A DNA stretch of 64,000 nucleotides from Camelus dromedarius. Taxonomy: Eukaryota. Position numbers and translations under genes: made by a program. The notes beneath the pieces were generated by a model, which saw only the letters and a list, made by a program, of their open reading frames with translations, was not told the DNA's origin and made no database searches. Each line of letters begins with the position of its first letter. Within the stretch, counting starts at the first letter, position 1. Positions 26,250 to 40,419 of the stretch are shown piece after piece. Location: contig NC_087437.1 of NCBI RefSeq assembly GCF_036321535.1, positions 91,514,001-91,578,000 on the forward strand. The letters are read 5' to 3'.

Positions 26250-26850
26250 TTAGGGAGCCAATTTGCAGGATTATGAAATAATACAGGTCAGGAATATGGG
26301 AGGTCATAAAGAAGGGCTTATTAGATGAATTCAAGTATCACTTAGGCTCTAAAGTTGACAACATTTAATAATTAAGAAAACAGGAAATTATAGAGATTTA
26401 TTTTCACTTAAACATGAAAAAAAAAACAATCTATGGAATGAATGCAGTATTAAAGATCAGAGGGACACATTTTTCAAAACAAGACAAAAGTGAAAACAAA
26501 GAGCTGAATTTTGTTTTTGCTGGGTTTGTGGCACCTGTGAGATTTCTGTCAGAGATGACCAAGAGACTATTAGTTATATGGCCATGTATTTAAGAAAGAG
26601 ACATGGGATGCAAAAAGAGTTTGGAGATTCATCAGTATATGGAGGGTAAGTGATGTACAGGAAAAATGTACCTATTCAGGAAAAGGTGTGAAGTGAGTCA
26701 GGATGGATTCTGATAAACATGTAAATGGATAAAGATAAGAAAAAAAAAATCACAGTGAAAAGGTGTACGAGACAGGTGGAAGGAAAGCCATAAATGTTTG
26801 TTTCCGAAATAGCTGAGAGAAGATATTTTTAAAGGAAGAAGTGTCTGCAG
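26250..26850 (-). mobile_element. L2 LINE fragment
   Basis: Purine-rich L2-antisense pattern 'gggtttgtggcacctgtgagat...gagtttggagattcatcagtatatggaggg'. Confidence 0.6.
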
Positions 26851-27084
26851 TCGTCTTGACCTATGACCCTAATTTGGTTACTAAGACAGCCCAGCAATTC
26901 TTCTGTTTCCTTATACTATTCTTAGCCCCGTTTTTTTCTAACAACCAATTCAAACATTTACAACCCACTTTGAACATACCATTTCTACATCTATATGCAT
27001 CTCATAACTCATTCTCAAGAAGGCTTTGTCTCCTAACTCACAGGGAAAAAAAATGATCAGAGAACTGTTTTCAGTTTTCTGTCA

Positions 27085-27400
27085 TCTATTAGGATCTTGG
27101 TGACAGTTTGTCCTGCTGGGTATTTATTAGCCATCAACATCTGTTGAAAGAAGAGGAAGAAAGAGGGACTGGGAAGAGAGTTAGAGTTGTGATCTTAGAC
27201 CTCCCACGGAGAACTCTGGAACATATATACCCCATCAGAGTGGTCCTATGTTGACGGGATGTACCTCAGCCTCCATCAGGCATTGACATGGGCTGTCCTG
27301 GGAAGGCCATTCCATTGAGCAAGATGGCTCTCTGTAGCTGAGACCAATTCAGAACCAGAGAGCTGTGTCAATCAGTGCTTCCTTGAAGACAGTTCTGAAC
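27085..27400 (-). mobile_element. ERVL LTR16-like element
   Basis: 'atcaacatctgttgaaagaagaggaagaaagagggactggg', 'agaactctggaac', 'gcaagatggctctctgtagctgag'. Family from recall. Confidence 0.6.
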
Positions 27401-27699
27401 ATCTCCATGAGCATCTTAACAAACAAACCTGAACACTTACAGAAGCATCACTCTTCCTTTCTTCCAGTTATATAGAAGAGCTCACCTCTCCTAGGCTAAT
27501 TTCCTTTCCATCAACTTTGTACTTTCAAGTTGTTTAAGCTTTCCTTTGGTATCATCCTTTCCTAAACATATTTAATCAGTGTCATTTATGAAAAACTTTA
27601 AAAGAAAACCTCATTTTTCTACATTTCCCATCTGAGACATACCCCTTTTTCACTTAGAACCAAATACAAAACCCTTACATGACCTGCGAAGTTGTGTGT

Positions 27700-28110
27700 G
27701 ATCATTTTTCATGGTTATGTCTCCAATCCCATGCTCCCTTTTTACCTAGTGCTCATTTCTGCTCCAGTCGTATTGGTACCTTTGTTTGTTGTCATTTGTT
27801 TACCTTTCTCTTTAAGAGTTTGTCTTTCTTGTTTTCTTCCCTGGAATGTTCTTCCCCCAGGCACTTATATATGACCTAGTTTTTTATTTTCTCAAGGTTG
27901 AAAAAGAACCTCATCACTCCCTACCCCAAGGGGATTCTGGATCCCTCTACTGTGTTTTATTTTTCTTCAAAGAATTAATATCTATCTAAAATTATGTATT
28001 CTTTATTTTATTATGTATAATTTTTCTTGCCTCTCATTGAATGCAGGCTCCTTGAGAGAACAACAATCTCATTCAACAAGGTATCACCAACAATAATACA
28101 TTCAACCAAT
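27700..28110 (+). mobile_element. L2 3' fragment
   Basis: 'ttccctggaatgttcttcccccag', 'ttgaatgcaggctccttgagagaac'. Confidence 0.6.
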
Positions 28111-31100
28111 TCCTAATACATGTTTCTACTTAAATTGACTTCTTAATTTGGTCCTTTTAACACCAGCATCTCATATTTTAAATATAGAAAGAAAAATTAA
28201 TAAATAAAATGTATTTATCCAACAACCATATATATTAGATATATACCCTGTGGCAAGATTCTGAATTACAAAGACACATACAATGTAGATTTCATTAGAG
28301 AATTCATCTCATGGATATAGATATATAAAATGCACCGTAGCTTTTCTGTTTAAAAATATATACAACTTTACAGTAGATACAGTAGTCAAAGAAATTAACT
28401 CTACTGTACTAATAATCTACAGTATTTTAATATGTCTTAAAATCAAACTTATAACCAAGTAGCTTTGTAGCATTAACACTACAAAAAATAAGGCAAAAAT
28501 GTTGAGACATAAATATTTTTCCTAAAGTCCAGTCTCTAACCTACCTGTACTTTAAACTAATTTAGACACATTGAATTGTTTAGCCTGTAACTCCTACAAC
28601 ATGAAGGTGCATCCTTCAAACAAAAAGCACACAGCTGAAAGGGAGAATCAGACCATGGAGTTTGCATCTCTTGACAAGAACGTGTAACCACCTGGTGCCA
28701 AACTAAGTACCTGAAGATAACAATGCATGTCCTGACTTCATGTCTGTGGCCTCCCTGATGGAGGTCCTAATGAGAATGACCACGAGGATTGATAACATTT
28801 AATAAAGGAGTAGTGGCCAGATCCACCAGCAAAGAGGAGCCAAAGTGATGCTGCCAACAGAACAGTAGAACAGTAATACAGACAATTATCACAAGATATA
28901 GATGGCAGGTAATGCAGCATCTCACAGCTTTAAGATAGGAAGAGAGATTGACTCTACTAGCTAACATAATTAGAGAGCTAAAAAAAGGAACGTTTGTTTT
29001 CTTTCCCCTTCTCCTCCATACAACTCACACCAACACTTCTGGGAAACAGGGTAAATTAGGGGGAATTAAATTCCAATATGTATTTCAGAAGGAAGACATT
29101 TGTTTTGAAATCCTGAAATTATGGTCTCATTTCAGGAAAGTGGTGAGAAATATATATGACATGAAATCATCCTTATTCCCAGCCCACATCCAAAGAGAAG
29201 GTAGTAATTAGAATAGTTGTTTCCAAAGCTGGCTTTTGAAGAAAGTATTAAAGATTAACTAGCCCACGTCAATCATACTAATGATACTTTTTGACTATGG
29301 AGTATGTAACTATGCAGTTTTAAAAACTTTCATGGTGATTTAACTGATCAAGAAAATCTGGACCTTGAAAGGTATTGATGGAACCAGAGGATATTATAGA
29401 GATTATTAGCAAGTAGTAGTCTAATGCTGAATAAGAAAAAAGCCTAATTAGGACCATTACTATATAGCCAAGCAGTTCAAGATAACTTATTATTTCTTGA
29501 TAGTATCAGTTCTTCATGTTTCATTAAAAGAATGCTCAAAATGATACGAGCATTCAGCTAGGCAAGGGATATAAGATACACAAATATTTTGGGTAAGAAT
29601 GCAAACCATTGCATCTTACAGGCATTATATTTTAGAAGCACTTCCATAACTCTTCCAGCAGAAGAGTTGTTGGAAGTCTGAAGAGTTAATTACAAAATAT
29701 GCATCAGTAAAAGCTCTATTTTTCCTGAAAACTCCAAATAAATTATTCTACTCTTTAACTATCTTGCCCAATAATTACAATTATCTTATTTGTAAAACAT
29801 TTAATCTCTATGTGCTTCAAAATGATGTCCTTATTACTAAATTTTGTTTGGATGATAATATGTATTAAAATTTATTGAAAAAACATTTCCATTTCATTTT
29901 AAAACATTTGCCACAAAGCTAAAACATGTTGATTAGCAACTGTTACAGATATTTGCTCAAGCCTCAGCCATTTGGGCAAATGAATTAGTCCCTCTTGGAA
30001 GTGTGAACTTTTCTAATAAAGCTGCTTTTCTCATTCTCCCCTGGTTTCTTAAGAATCATTCTTATAACTTGATCTCCAAGATCACAGAAGAGCATTTCTT
30101 TATAAATTCATATAAATTTACTCACAAGAATGATTTTAATTTTCCATTTAATGTTAGAAATAATTTAAAAGGGAAACACAAGAAGAAATCACATTTTATA
30201 AAAATTCAGAATTAGGTATAATAATTCCTCCATCCTATCTTCCATAGTTCAAGTCATAACAATCTATAGTAACTGGCAATTATAACCGTTTGTGGTATTT
30301 AAAAATTAGGTAACAAAATTGACCGTGGAAAACACTTACTTTTAAAAACCTGTCTTGAGGAATGTTAGGAACCTTTGAAAAATGAAAACTAAAAGTTTGA
30401 AGAAAGAGAAATTGAACAGCTGGGAGCAGGCCAGAGAACAGGATATGGAATGAACAGCATGGAGAAACATTTGCCCAGGCAGCAGCCCAGAATTGCCTAG
30501 AGGGTCAGTTGTCACAATGCAAATGACTGATTGTGGTGAATATTTCTGAGGAAAATGAGGGAAAACAATTTATCAATCTATAGCAGTATAATTTTAAACG
30601 GCATGTATTTGAAAAACATGATTTTTCCTTCCATCCCATATCTGGCTCCAGGTATACCTACACCCAAATAGAAGAGCAGCAGAGTAAAAACAGCAAAGCA
30701 AAACAAACAAATAAAATAACACATTTTAAAGGGTCAAAGTTCTTAAACATCGGGACACATTTTCTTGAGCTATGTTTCTACTTTTCAAGGCATTTTGATT
30801 CAAAAGTTGTCATACTTTCTTTCATCTTTTTCAGGAAAATCTTTTTCAAATGAATCTTAGCAGGTGTGATAAAAGGGAAAAAAAAAAGAGCTTGCTACAT
30901 GTTGGTTTTCTGTGAAAGATTTTCACTCTGTTCTTGATCTGAAAGAACAATTTTGAATAACCCAGGGTTCATTAAAAAAAAAGGTGAAAAAAAAATCTTG
31001 GAACTATCAGTATGGCTCTATATTCAAATATGTGAAAGGAAAGAAAAGCATATGGCCATGACTGAGAGATCTCAGAGTAGAGCACTTAAGGAAATCAGCA

Positions 31101-31514
31101 TGAAAAATAAAGTGCCCATTACCTAGTGATGATTTACTATATAATTTATGGGAGGGTAGAGTAGGCTTGAAACTGCACTTAGCACCTGGATGCCATGAAA
31201 TATAAATTGAGATGAAATGTGTTCATGAAATTCCATTAATAAGAGCTATGATGTTGGTTTTCTTTCCATTTTGTTTCCAGTTTAACAGAGAGCAGTGGTA
31301 AGCCTAGGCAAATTCAATAGCTTCTACTTGATTGTTTCTTAGTCTCATAGGATCTTGGTTTATCTGCTGTAAGCCCTCTCTTTCCCTTTTTTTTTTTCTG
31401 TGTGAATCTTTGTCTCTATTTCTGTCTCTGTCTGTGTGTCTGTCTGTCTCATTCAACATTCCTAACAGATGCAAACCTCATGCAACAAACTGTATATTCT
31501 AGAAAGATTGCTGC

Positions 31515-31636
31515 TTATTTATTTCACAGTTCTATACTGTTTACCCACTATGTGCTGGGCATAATGTTTGACACTTGGGATACATCAGTAACTGACCCAA
31601 AGCCTTCCTTCATGGAATTTACATTCCAAAATGGCA
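31515..31636 (-). mobile_element. L2 3' end
   Basis: 'cccactatgtgctgggcataatg...tgggatacatcagtaa...ccttcatggaatttacattcca'. Confidence 0.75.
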
Positions 31637-31658
31637 AGTTGTAGGGTAGTTGGTTCAG

Positions 31659-32071
31659 TGTATTAATCAAGGTTCTCCAGGAAAAGAGAATCAATAGGAT
31701 GTATATATGCAAAAAGATATTTATTTTATGGAATGGGCTCACCTGCTCATGGAGGCTGGCAAGCTGAAAATCAGCAGAGTATGTTGGCACTGGAAACCCT
31801 GGGCAGAGTGCTGCAGTTCAAATCTGAAGGCCATCTATTAACAGAATTCCTCTTTGCTTGGGACTAAGGTCAGTCTTTGTTCTGTTAAAGTCTTCAACTA
31901 ACTGGATGAGGCCACCACATTATAGAGGGTGATTTGCTTTACTTGAGGTTCACCAATTTAAATTTTAACCTCATCCATAAAACACCCTCACAGAAATATC
32001 CAAAATAATATTTGACCAAATATCCAGGCACTGTGGACCAGCCAAGTTGACACATAAAGTCACCCATCATA
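31659..32071 (-). mobile_element. ERVL solo LTR, MLT2C/D-like
   Basis: Both ends present: 'tgtattaatcaaggttctccag' and 'gccaagttgacacataaagtcacccatcata'. Internal 'aaacaccctcacagaaa'. Confidence 0.92.
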
Positions 32072-32104
32072 CTCAAAAAGCAGGGGAATTTGGGATAAGA
32101 ATAC

Positions 32105-32420
32105 TGTGGAAATAAATGAAGACCAACCGAATGAGAACAATCAAAGACTATTTAATAAGAGCTTCCTGATAGCAAGGAGGTCAGCTACTGTCACTTGTGT
32201 TTTACCAGAAGCTCAATGATAAGCAGAAGAGTGGGGAAGCATTCTAGTGAGAAAAAGGGAAGGCTTCACACATGCCCTGACTTGAGCCTGTTGGCATCTG
32301 GAAGCTGTCTGTGGGCGAAGCAGAAGCAGAGCATCCTATGTAATTGGTTAGGGCTGCATACTTGGCTTTCTCTAGTTGGTCTTAAATTGGAAACAAGGAC
32401 AAAAATTAGGGAAACTATGT
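32105..32420 (-). mobile_element. Probable ERV LTR fragment (family uncertain)
   Basis: Starts 'tgtggaaataaatgaagaccaac', with 'gcatcctatgtaattggttaggg...ttggctttctctagttggtcttaaattggaa'. Resembles eutherian ERV LTRs in antisense. Confidence 0.55.
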
Positions 32421-33034
32421 TCTCAACCCCAGTTTCTCCATGGGTTTTAAAAACCCAGTTCCTATGATCTAGAACTCCTAGTAGCTTATGCTTACTTAAC
32501 CAGTAGCAGTTTCCTTTTTATTTATGAAATACAGTAATTTTCCATCTTTGTACAAAATAAAACAGTCTGGTATCCTGGGAAAGGAGGTCATGTTTTATCA
32601 GAATATTGTAAAAATTTTTAATTTTCTCCTCAGGCCAAAGATAGGCAGAAGATTAAAACTCTTTACGAATCTATCTTCTGTTAATGCAAACCTTCCAAGT
32701 TTGAATTCCATCTTTTCAGTGACAAAGTAACCTCACCTTACATCACACATAACATTCCATCAATGGCAGCCTTATCACACTGTGAAAGCCATTTTCCAAA
32801 ATTAATTCCAAAATGACATTTCCAAAATTAAGATTCTGATTCTTTCAATCTTCCTGAGTCCAGTGGAGAGTATTAGCAAAGTGTTTACTGAAAGAATCCC
32901 TTCATTATAATAAGTGAATATTTTTTTATAATGCAGGTTCACGGGGCTCCAGTCCAGGTCTAACAAATGAGTTATTACATTTTCTGTGTCAAAATCAGTG
33001 GGGTTTTAGCTGAAATTTTCCTGTGTTCTTGTGC

Positions 33035-33155
33035 TGCACTCTTAGAGAGTCTAATTTAATAGATCTGACTAAGAGCCTGAAAATCTGCATTTTAACAATC
33101 AAGACAGGAAATTTTGATAAAAGTAGAGCTAATGTCCACTCTTTGAGAAATATTG
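33035..33155. mobile_element. MER5-family fragment
   Basis: 'agcctgaaaatctgcattttaacaa...cactctttgagaaatattg'. Confidence 0.6.
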
Positions 33156-35229
33156 TGAATATTGTTTCTCATATTCATTTATATATTTTTCTTTCACTTC
33201 TCACCATTGATTCTTTAAAAGTATTTATTATTTTTATTTTTAGATTTTTCTTTTCTGTTTGTTGAGTTTGCTTCTATATGGCTTCCGTGATTGTGATAGA
33301 AGGTACAATATGGTCATGAGGAAAAAGTAGAAGGAAAGGAGGTAGCAACGATGATTATGGATTTATGGGTAGAGATATTTGTAAATCATTTTTTATAGGT
33401 CAGAAGCAGTTATGTAATATTTTTGTGAAAATATCATTAAAATGAGTATAGTATAACATTGCAAAACTAGTCTAAAGTAAATAGGAATATAAACAATAGC
33501 AGACTTTTATAATTGTCTCTAATTAACCACTAAATGCTAACCTTCTTATAAATCTTGACATTAAGAAAACTGAAATCAGGATTGGGAGTGTTGAGATGTT
33601 TCAGGCAGAAATGAAGGTTTCTGACTGCAGTTTGGGGTTGGAAATATCTGTCAATTTATAAAGGCAATTATGCTTCAGTGCATGGCATGTACATCACATC
33701 ATTGTAAGAAAACTTACCTATTTGATAGGAGCCATGAGTCCATCGCAGCAAATTTGATGTGATGTTGTTAAAGAGACATATGCATTTGTTTTTCTTTTAT
33801 CTTATCCATATAAATTTGTTTATGGCCCTCATAAAGAGAGAGAAAAAGATTTATATTCTAGTTAAGAGAATGTGTAATGCTTCTTTCCAGAGAAACAGTC
33901 AGAAAAAATAATAGAAGGATACATACTGTCCACATACAAAATTTTTTAAAATACATTTGAATTCCTTCATATGGGTAAATCTTAGGGAAAATTGTAGTGT
34001 AAGAAAACAGTGAACATTTTGATGTGCTTATAATTTTTATATGAAATATAATGAAATTCTTAATAATATGAATTTTGATAGTGGATAGTCTGCAATGGTA
34101 TTTTGAGATTCCAAATAACTGATAAATAAAATTGGATTTCTCTTTGCTTATTATATTGAGAAGAAGATAGAATTTGGAATGCAGAATTGTCATTTAAAGC
34201 TGGCACAATTATAGTTTCAGCTATCTGTGGGTAACCTAGAAAGCTTCAACTTTTCATAGTAGTTTGTGATTTTGCTGAGGTGAGGTAAAAAATTTAATTG
34301 CTTGTGTTTCAAAGCTGATGTACAGGAGAAAACCATGTAGGAAGTGAATGAATGTATTCTGCAGGGTATATCACCATCTCAAACAGCTCTTTTGGCCTCT
34401 ATTAATTATGAAGTACACATTACATTGAGGTAATGAGTTTGGATAGTCTCAAAGGTTTTAAGAATATATTCTGGTTAATATTTCCTCCATTTTGTAAGAC
34501 TCTGTCTGAGACTCCGTTTACTATTATAAAACAATCTGAATATTAAAAAAACCTAATCTCAGGAGACTCATGTCAGATGAAAAAGATAATTCATGAAAAA
34601 TAACTCAGAACCTCTAATTGCTTTACAAATCCCTATAACTACACTATGATTTAGAAACATCATAATGACATCAGTAATGCAAATGTAAAATATATTTTAA
34701 ATTCTTTTTAAACTATAAATAAATGTCAATTCTAAGTAACAGAAAAATAGATTTTAATTAATCAAAATGTCCTGATAGAATACCAATACAGTATCGAGGT
34801 GGGAAATTGAAAGTAGATAAAAATAAGACTGTATAATAAAATGTTATTTTATTAAAGCTAGATTTCATTATAAATATAAATGATAACAAGTGCTTTAGAA
34901 ATATTTCTTCCATATAAGCCTGATGTAAGATGCCAGTAGCAAGAATGCCTCAATTATCTTACAAACACATTTATAATTTTATAAAAAATTTTTTAACTAA
35001 AGTCCTAGCTACAAATACAATCTTAGAGTAGCAAACACTTTTTAACATGTTTTTCACCTTCTTTTTTATTTCTTAAGACTTATTGTTGACATCTGGAACA
35101 AAGTATTTTCAAAACCTTCAGATTAAAATATGTCGATACTTTTCTGAGTAAAAGTCAACATTTTTGAAGTACCTACTATGTGTTAAATGTTAAATAGATA
35201 ATGGGAATATTGTATACAAGTCCACCGAA

Positions 35230-36120
35230 TACACTTAGATGAAAATAATACACATTCATCAAAAAACACAATTTATTAAAGCTTACACAAGAATAAATGG
35301 AAATTCAGTATAATCTATACCCAATATAGAGAAAAAACTTCAGTTGAAAAGTTTCCCACAAAGAAACTTCCCTTCAAGCCCAGATGGTTTTGCTGGTTGA
35401 ATTTATTCTTTCATTTAGGAAAGAAAGTATACTTTTTAAAAGTAATTCTTCCATATATTAACATTTCTCAACTGTCTTATGAGGCCAGTATAATCTTGAT
35501 ACCAGGGCCCTAGTAAGAGAACAACAGGGAAGGATGATTGCAGGACCATCTCTTTCATCGACACAAAATCTGAAATTTAAAGAACAGTAATAACTTAAAG
35601 ATTCGAATCCCAAATATTACAAGATGTTCAGTACTTCTTAAATAAGTTGGAATTACTTGAGAAAGGCAATATTATTTTCAATAAAATCATGAAATAATCA
35701 ACATATCCATAGAATAAATGAAAAACTATGTCTTTCTCAATAGATGCTGCAAAAGCATTTTATAAAATTCAACATACATTCAAAGACAAGCATAGTGTAT
35801 ATGCAAACTATGAAGAGAAAGGGGCATTCTTTATCTGATAAAATCTATTTTAGCCTTCCTCCTAGGAATAGGAATGAGACAAAGATACCTGCTATCATTA
35901 TTTCAATTCAAAATTACACTTGAGATCTTAAAGGAACCAAAGGTAAAAAAAAAAAAAAATCCATAAGACTGGAAAGAAGGTAATACATTTATCATTATTT
36001 ATTGTCAAATGATTGTGCACTTATACAATCCAGAAAAACCCAGAAGAAATATTAGAATAAATATTAGAATTAAAAAGCAAATTCAACTTCACTTGATATA
36101 ATTTTAAGTCAATAGCATTC
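35230..36120 (+). mobile_element. Degenerate old LINE-1 ORF2 (reverse-transcriptase region)
   Basis: 'gcccagatggttttgctggttgaatt' (GPDGFxxEF-like), 'tatgaggccagtataatcttgatacca' (YEASIILIP), 'tctcaatagatgctgcaaaagcattttataaaattcaaca' (SIDAxKAFxKIQ), 'ggaatgagacaaagat'. Many stops and frameshifts. Confidence 0.85.
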
Positions 36121-36469
36121 AATTTTTTTTAATGATAAAATTTAAAGTAACAGCAGAAATAGACTTTTCATTTCTTGCTATAATAGAGCGAAGAGTTGGC
36201 AAATTGTTTCCCCTAAATACAGGAATAGAAGTCAAAAGCTGGAAACTATGCCCTCTCAAATCCCATCATTTCCCATCTCTGGAAATTGAACAAGGGCAAA
36301 CTACAAATTGGTAAATGTTTATTCAAGAAAAACTATTAAATACTGTGTGAAAACAGTGGGACTCTGTAGCCTTCTTTCCTGGAGCCATTCTTGTGTTCCC
36401 TCCCTCCATTCCAACTTCTGCCCTGTCAAACTTGGTTTTGTAAATTATATCTGGGCTGGAAAAGAAAAA

Positions 36470-36520
36470 CAACACAACAGCAACAGCAACAACAACAACA
36501 ACAACAACAACAGCAACAAC
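36470..36520. repeat. (CAA)n/(CAG) trinucleotide microsatellite
   Basis: caacacaacagcaacagcaacaacaacaacaacaacaacagcaacaac seen directly. Confidence 0.95.
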
Positions 36521-37109
36521 TTCACTGTCCAGGAGCAGACTTGATTTGGAGCAGAAGGCTGGTACCCAAGCCTGACTGTATCATTATTAAATGTAGCAAA
36601 CCCTGTAGGGAATAATGGGAGAATCCCATGACTTGGTTACTCTGGGATTAGCATCCCAGTTGAGTCAGTGAAAAATCTAGCCAGAAAATTAGGGGGAATC
36701 TTTGAAATCAGAGGGACATAGAGGCTATATACTGTTTCACATATCATCCCTGGATGAGTGGGAAGCTATGTACATGCGCAAGGGAGACCAAGTTTAATAA
36801 AATTAAAATAAATCATAATTCCTGAGGCTACAAGGTACAAATTAAGTTTTCTATTTCCAATAATATTTTGCTCATCAAAGAGTATCTTTCAAGCAATCTG
36901 AATAAAATAAATTGAGTTTCAACAATTACACAAGATTATCACCGTAATCCAGATAAATTATATGAATGAGGATGATGTGATTGTATTACACACAGAGTAT
37001 AGAAACGATGAGGAGCATATTTCAATGGATATTATGACTATCACACTCAAATACAGGAAGCTGAATGGCATTTTAGAATGAGCAAAGATTTGGGTGATCA
37101 ATGGAAAAT

Positions 37110-37360
37110 AATATCAAACATTTACTGAGGCATTGCGAAACACTGCAGATTTTTCTAAGCAGTTAATAGAGATATCTTATTTGAATCTTAAAATTTTGTC
37201 ATGTGGACACAACCCATGTCTTTGCAGTTGAAGAAATTAAGGCACAAAAAATTTGTAAAACTTGTCCAAGTTCTCATGGCTAGGAAGAAGTCAAAACAAA
37301 TTTTGAAACCACATCATAGGATCCCAGAATCCACATTTTTCATCACTGTTTTAATTGCTG
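37110..37360 (-). mobile_element. MIR SINE
   Basis: 'aacatttactgagg...tcttatttgaatctt...tttgcagttgaagaaattaaggcaca...cttgtccaagttctcatggctagg'. Confidence 0.7.
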
Positions 37361-40300
37361 CTTCATTTCAGATTACCATATTTTTATTTACCCCATAACT
37401 AACTACTTATTTACTAGATGACTGAAGGTCCATGATTTAAACTCCACAATATATGTGATGCTTTGGGAAATTAAATGAAAATATGTGTTAAAGGCACCTG
37501 ACATGATATCTGATTTATCAGAAACACAGAATTCTTAGTCCCCTCTCCTCTTTCTTAAATTCAAGGATGAGAGCTCCTGTTATTTCACATTCTGTTTCTG
37601 TCTGGATCAAGTTTCCTGTGGGCTGTCAGAGATGCTAAATCAGATATCTCTTCATACATGCCACTTAGGAGAGGCAGGAACACTGTCTTCCTGCAGCTCT
37701 TGGGCCCTTTAAATACAGAGTGAGAGCCTCTCGCTGGTCTCTGTGCAGCAGCTAACTGTCCGCATTTCAAGGCGGTCTGCCTGGTCTGCCCGGCTCAGGA
37801 GCCTGGAGCTCATTGATAATACAAAGAGAAATGTCTGCTCCCTGACAGACACTGATGTCGGGGGCTGCCACTCCCAGCGGGCTGTGACTTGGGCCACAAC
37901 CAAACACAGCATGCCACAGGCTGAATCCACCTTGATGAAATAGGATTCTTGCCTCTCTAGGAGGGTTCATTGGACTCATTTAAATTAGGTTGTAATTCTC
38001 ATGGGAACAGACAGACCTTGGTAACTAACAATAATTTACATTATTCCTTTGAAATGCAGGGGGTTATATAGGAATTTTACCCACAACTGTGATTGCAATG
38101 TGACTTCAGTCAGAACTGCATTCTGCAATATTTTATTCTGGTTTCTAAAACCACTGTGCCACCTAGGATCTTATTGTTAATTAAAAGAAGTATTTCACAG
38201 TCTCAGTCTCTTCCTCGTCTTAGTGTTTCCTACTTCTCTATACTGAGCTTTCTTAAAGAAACTTTGGTTTCACCAACATGTGATTGTATTGAATTTTTTT
38301 TTCTTTTTTGTTCCCCCAGAAGCTCTAGGTTGGTTTAGGGATACATAGCACAGATGGAGAAGAAAGAGACAATATCTGATGCGATAGTTCATTTCATAGA
38401 TGAGAAAATGCAGAGTAGCCAGTTAGTCCTCTTTGTCAGTTAAGGGTAAAAACAAGGATTTAAGAGTCCTTTGCTCCAGCCTAGCATACTTTGAAATTTG
38501 TCACACACTCACATACAAGTGAAACAAAAGGCACAGTTTCTGATGTTAAATTTGCATAATAAACTCTATTTATCTAGTATCATACACATTCCTCTAATCA
38601 TAACTTTTAAAAATATACTGGTCAGGTTTTATAATAATTGAAAATGAATATTAACTCAGCTTTGTGGAACAGGAATTTAGTGTTATTCATTAAAGGAAAT
38701 GTTGAATTATGGAGCCAAAGAAAAATAGGGTTAGAATTGTGTTATCAATACCTCTCATTTCAATTTCAATTTTTTTTTTTTTTACTTTCAAATATGTAAT
38801 GGAACTCATGAAATGCTCTCTGTTTTAACATAACAAGATATAAGTTAATATTATAAGTTGGAGGTAGTTTCTCAGGTAAGCAAAGCAGAATTTCCAAAGT
38901 AAATGTATTACTTTCCATGCAGTGAAGAGACACTGATCAATCAATGACTTCATGTAGTGCTATAACAAAAACAGGTTCAACCGTCTATATTTGCCTCTAA
39001 AACTTTGTGTCTAAATTTACTTATTACATATGCCTTTTAATCAATGAGCCAACTTCACATGACACACTGTTACTTATCTGAGGATCTTGGAATAGACCTC
39101 AAGTCATTATAAACCTTATAATATTGGCTTTTCCACTATGGTATTTAAACTAAGAATTACGATTCCTGCCATTATATTCAGGAAGAAAATTATGTAAAAG
39201 GCAGTGTGGTATTATAATATTTGAAAAACTGGAGACATGGAAAGTTGTTAGATGCCTTTTATTCTTTAGGTTCAAGTGAATTCCCCCTTATTTTCACTAA
39301 AACTTCTTCTAGGTACCTGCCATAAATCTCTAAAATTAGATTTGGTTGATAAAAAGAAAATAATGGAGACAGCGTTTAAAATATGAAAATCATGACAACA
39401 AAAATGTGGTTTATATATATGTTTAAGACTCTTTCTAAGGAGTCAGGTGAGAATTATTAAAATAACTACTCTCTAGGAAGTCTGTGAAGTAAAGTCAGAT
39501 CTTAGAATTTAAATTTGGCCATGTCATTATTTAAATTTCAAACAATTCATATAAACTTAGCAAAACCCAAAACTTTTTATTTATAGCAGAAGCTCTCCAA
39601 CATGACATGATCATGATTTCAGTACACATTACTTCAAAATTTGGCTGAAGAATAATATTATAAAAAAGATACCAAAAAAGAGTCCAGCACAAAAGGGATG
39701 GTTATTTCAAATCCTGCCATATGCTGTTTGCTGTAAATCCACATAAATAAAAATACTTTGTTAGGTTAAAAAAACCTCAAACACCAATGTAAACCAGAGA
39801 AAACTAACACCACCAGAAACAAAAACAAAAACAAAAACAAATAGAGGAAAACAAACAGAAATATCATGGGGACAGTGGTATTGAAGCCAGAAGGGAGCTC
39901 AAGGTGTTGAAGCAGGCACTGGGGCCTGGGACTTCAGCTCTTTTTTAATATTGGGAATGAAATGTGTTTCATGAAAGATGGATTACTGAAGCCAGGCTTG
40001 AATCTTAGAGCCTGATTAAGGGGTAAGACTTTCCTGCTTATGAAAGGAGGGAGGGCTACAGCTTGTAGGAAACTACTGGCCCAAACAAGAGGAAGCAGAA
40101 AGTGAGGCTCCTTTCAAGAAGCTGAGCCACAATGCCCTCTGCTATAGTGTCCCAATGCTACATCTCAGTATTCCTGCAGAGGACGGGGACTCCAACTAGA
40201 AGACATCATGCACAGAGGACGTGGAGGAGATGGAAGCCTGGGGCACAGGGAGTCTCAAAATTACAGAGAGGCTGGAGTGAGAGAAGCAAAGGGAGATTTG

Positions 40301-40419
40301 AAACAAACCCTAAACACAAAATAACAGAGGGCATAAAAATTTCCCTTTGAAATGAACTTAAAATTTCCAAATACAGGGAGGAGTTGATTCATTCATTGCT
40401 GAATGAATGCTTAAGGTGT

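Noticed and set aside
36391..36615. Poly-Q ORF (and poly-N in another frame)
   Set aside because: It arises from a (CAA)n microsatellite within probable L1-derived sequence and is not a polyglutamine gene.
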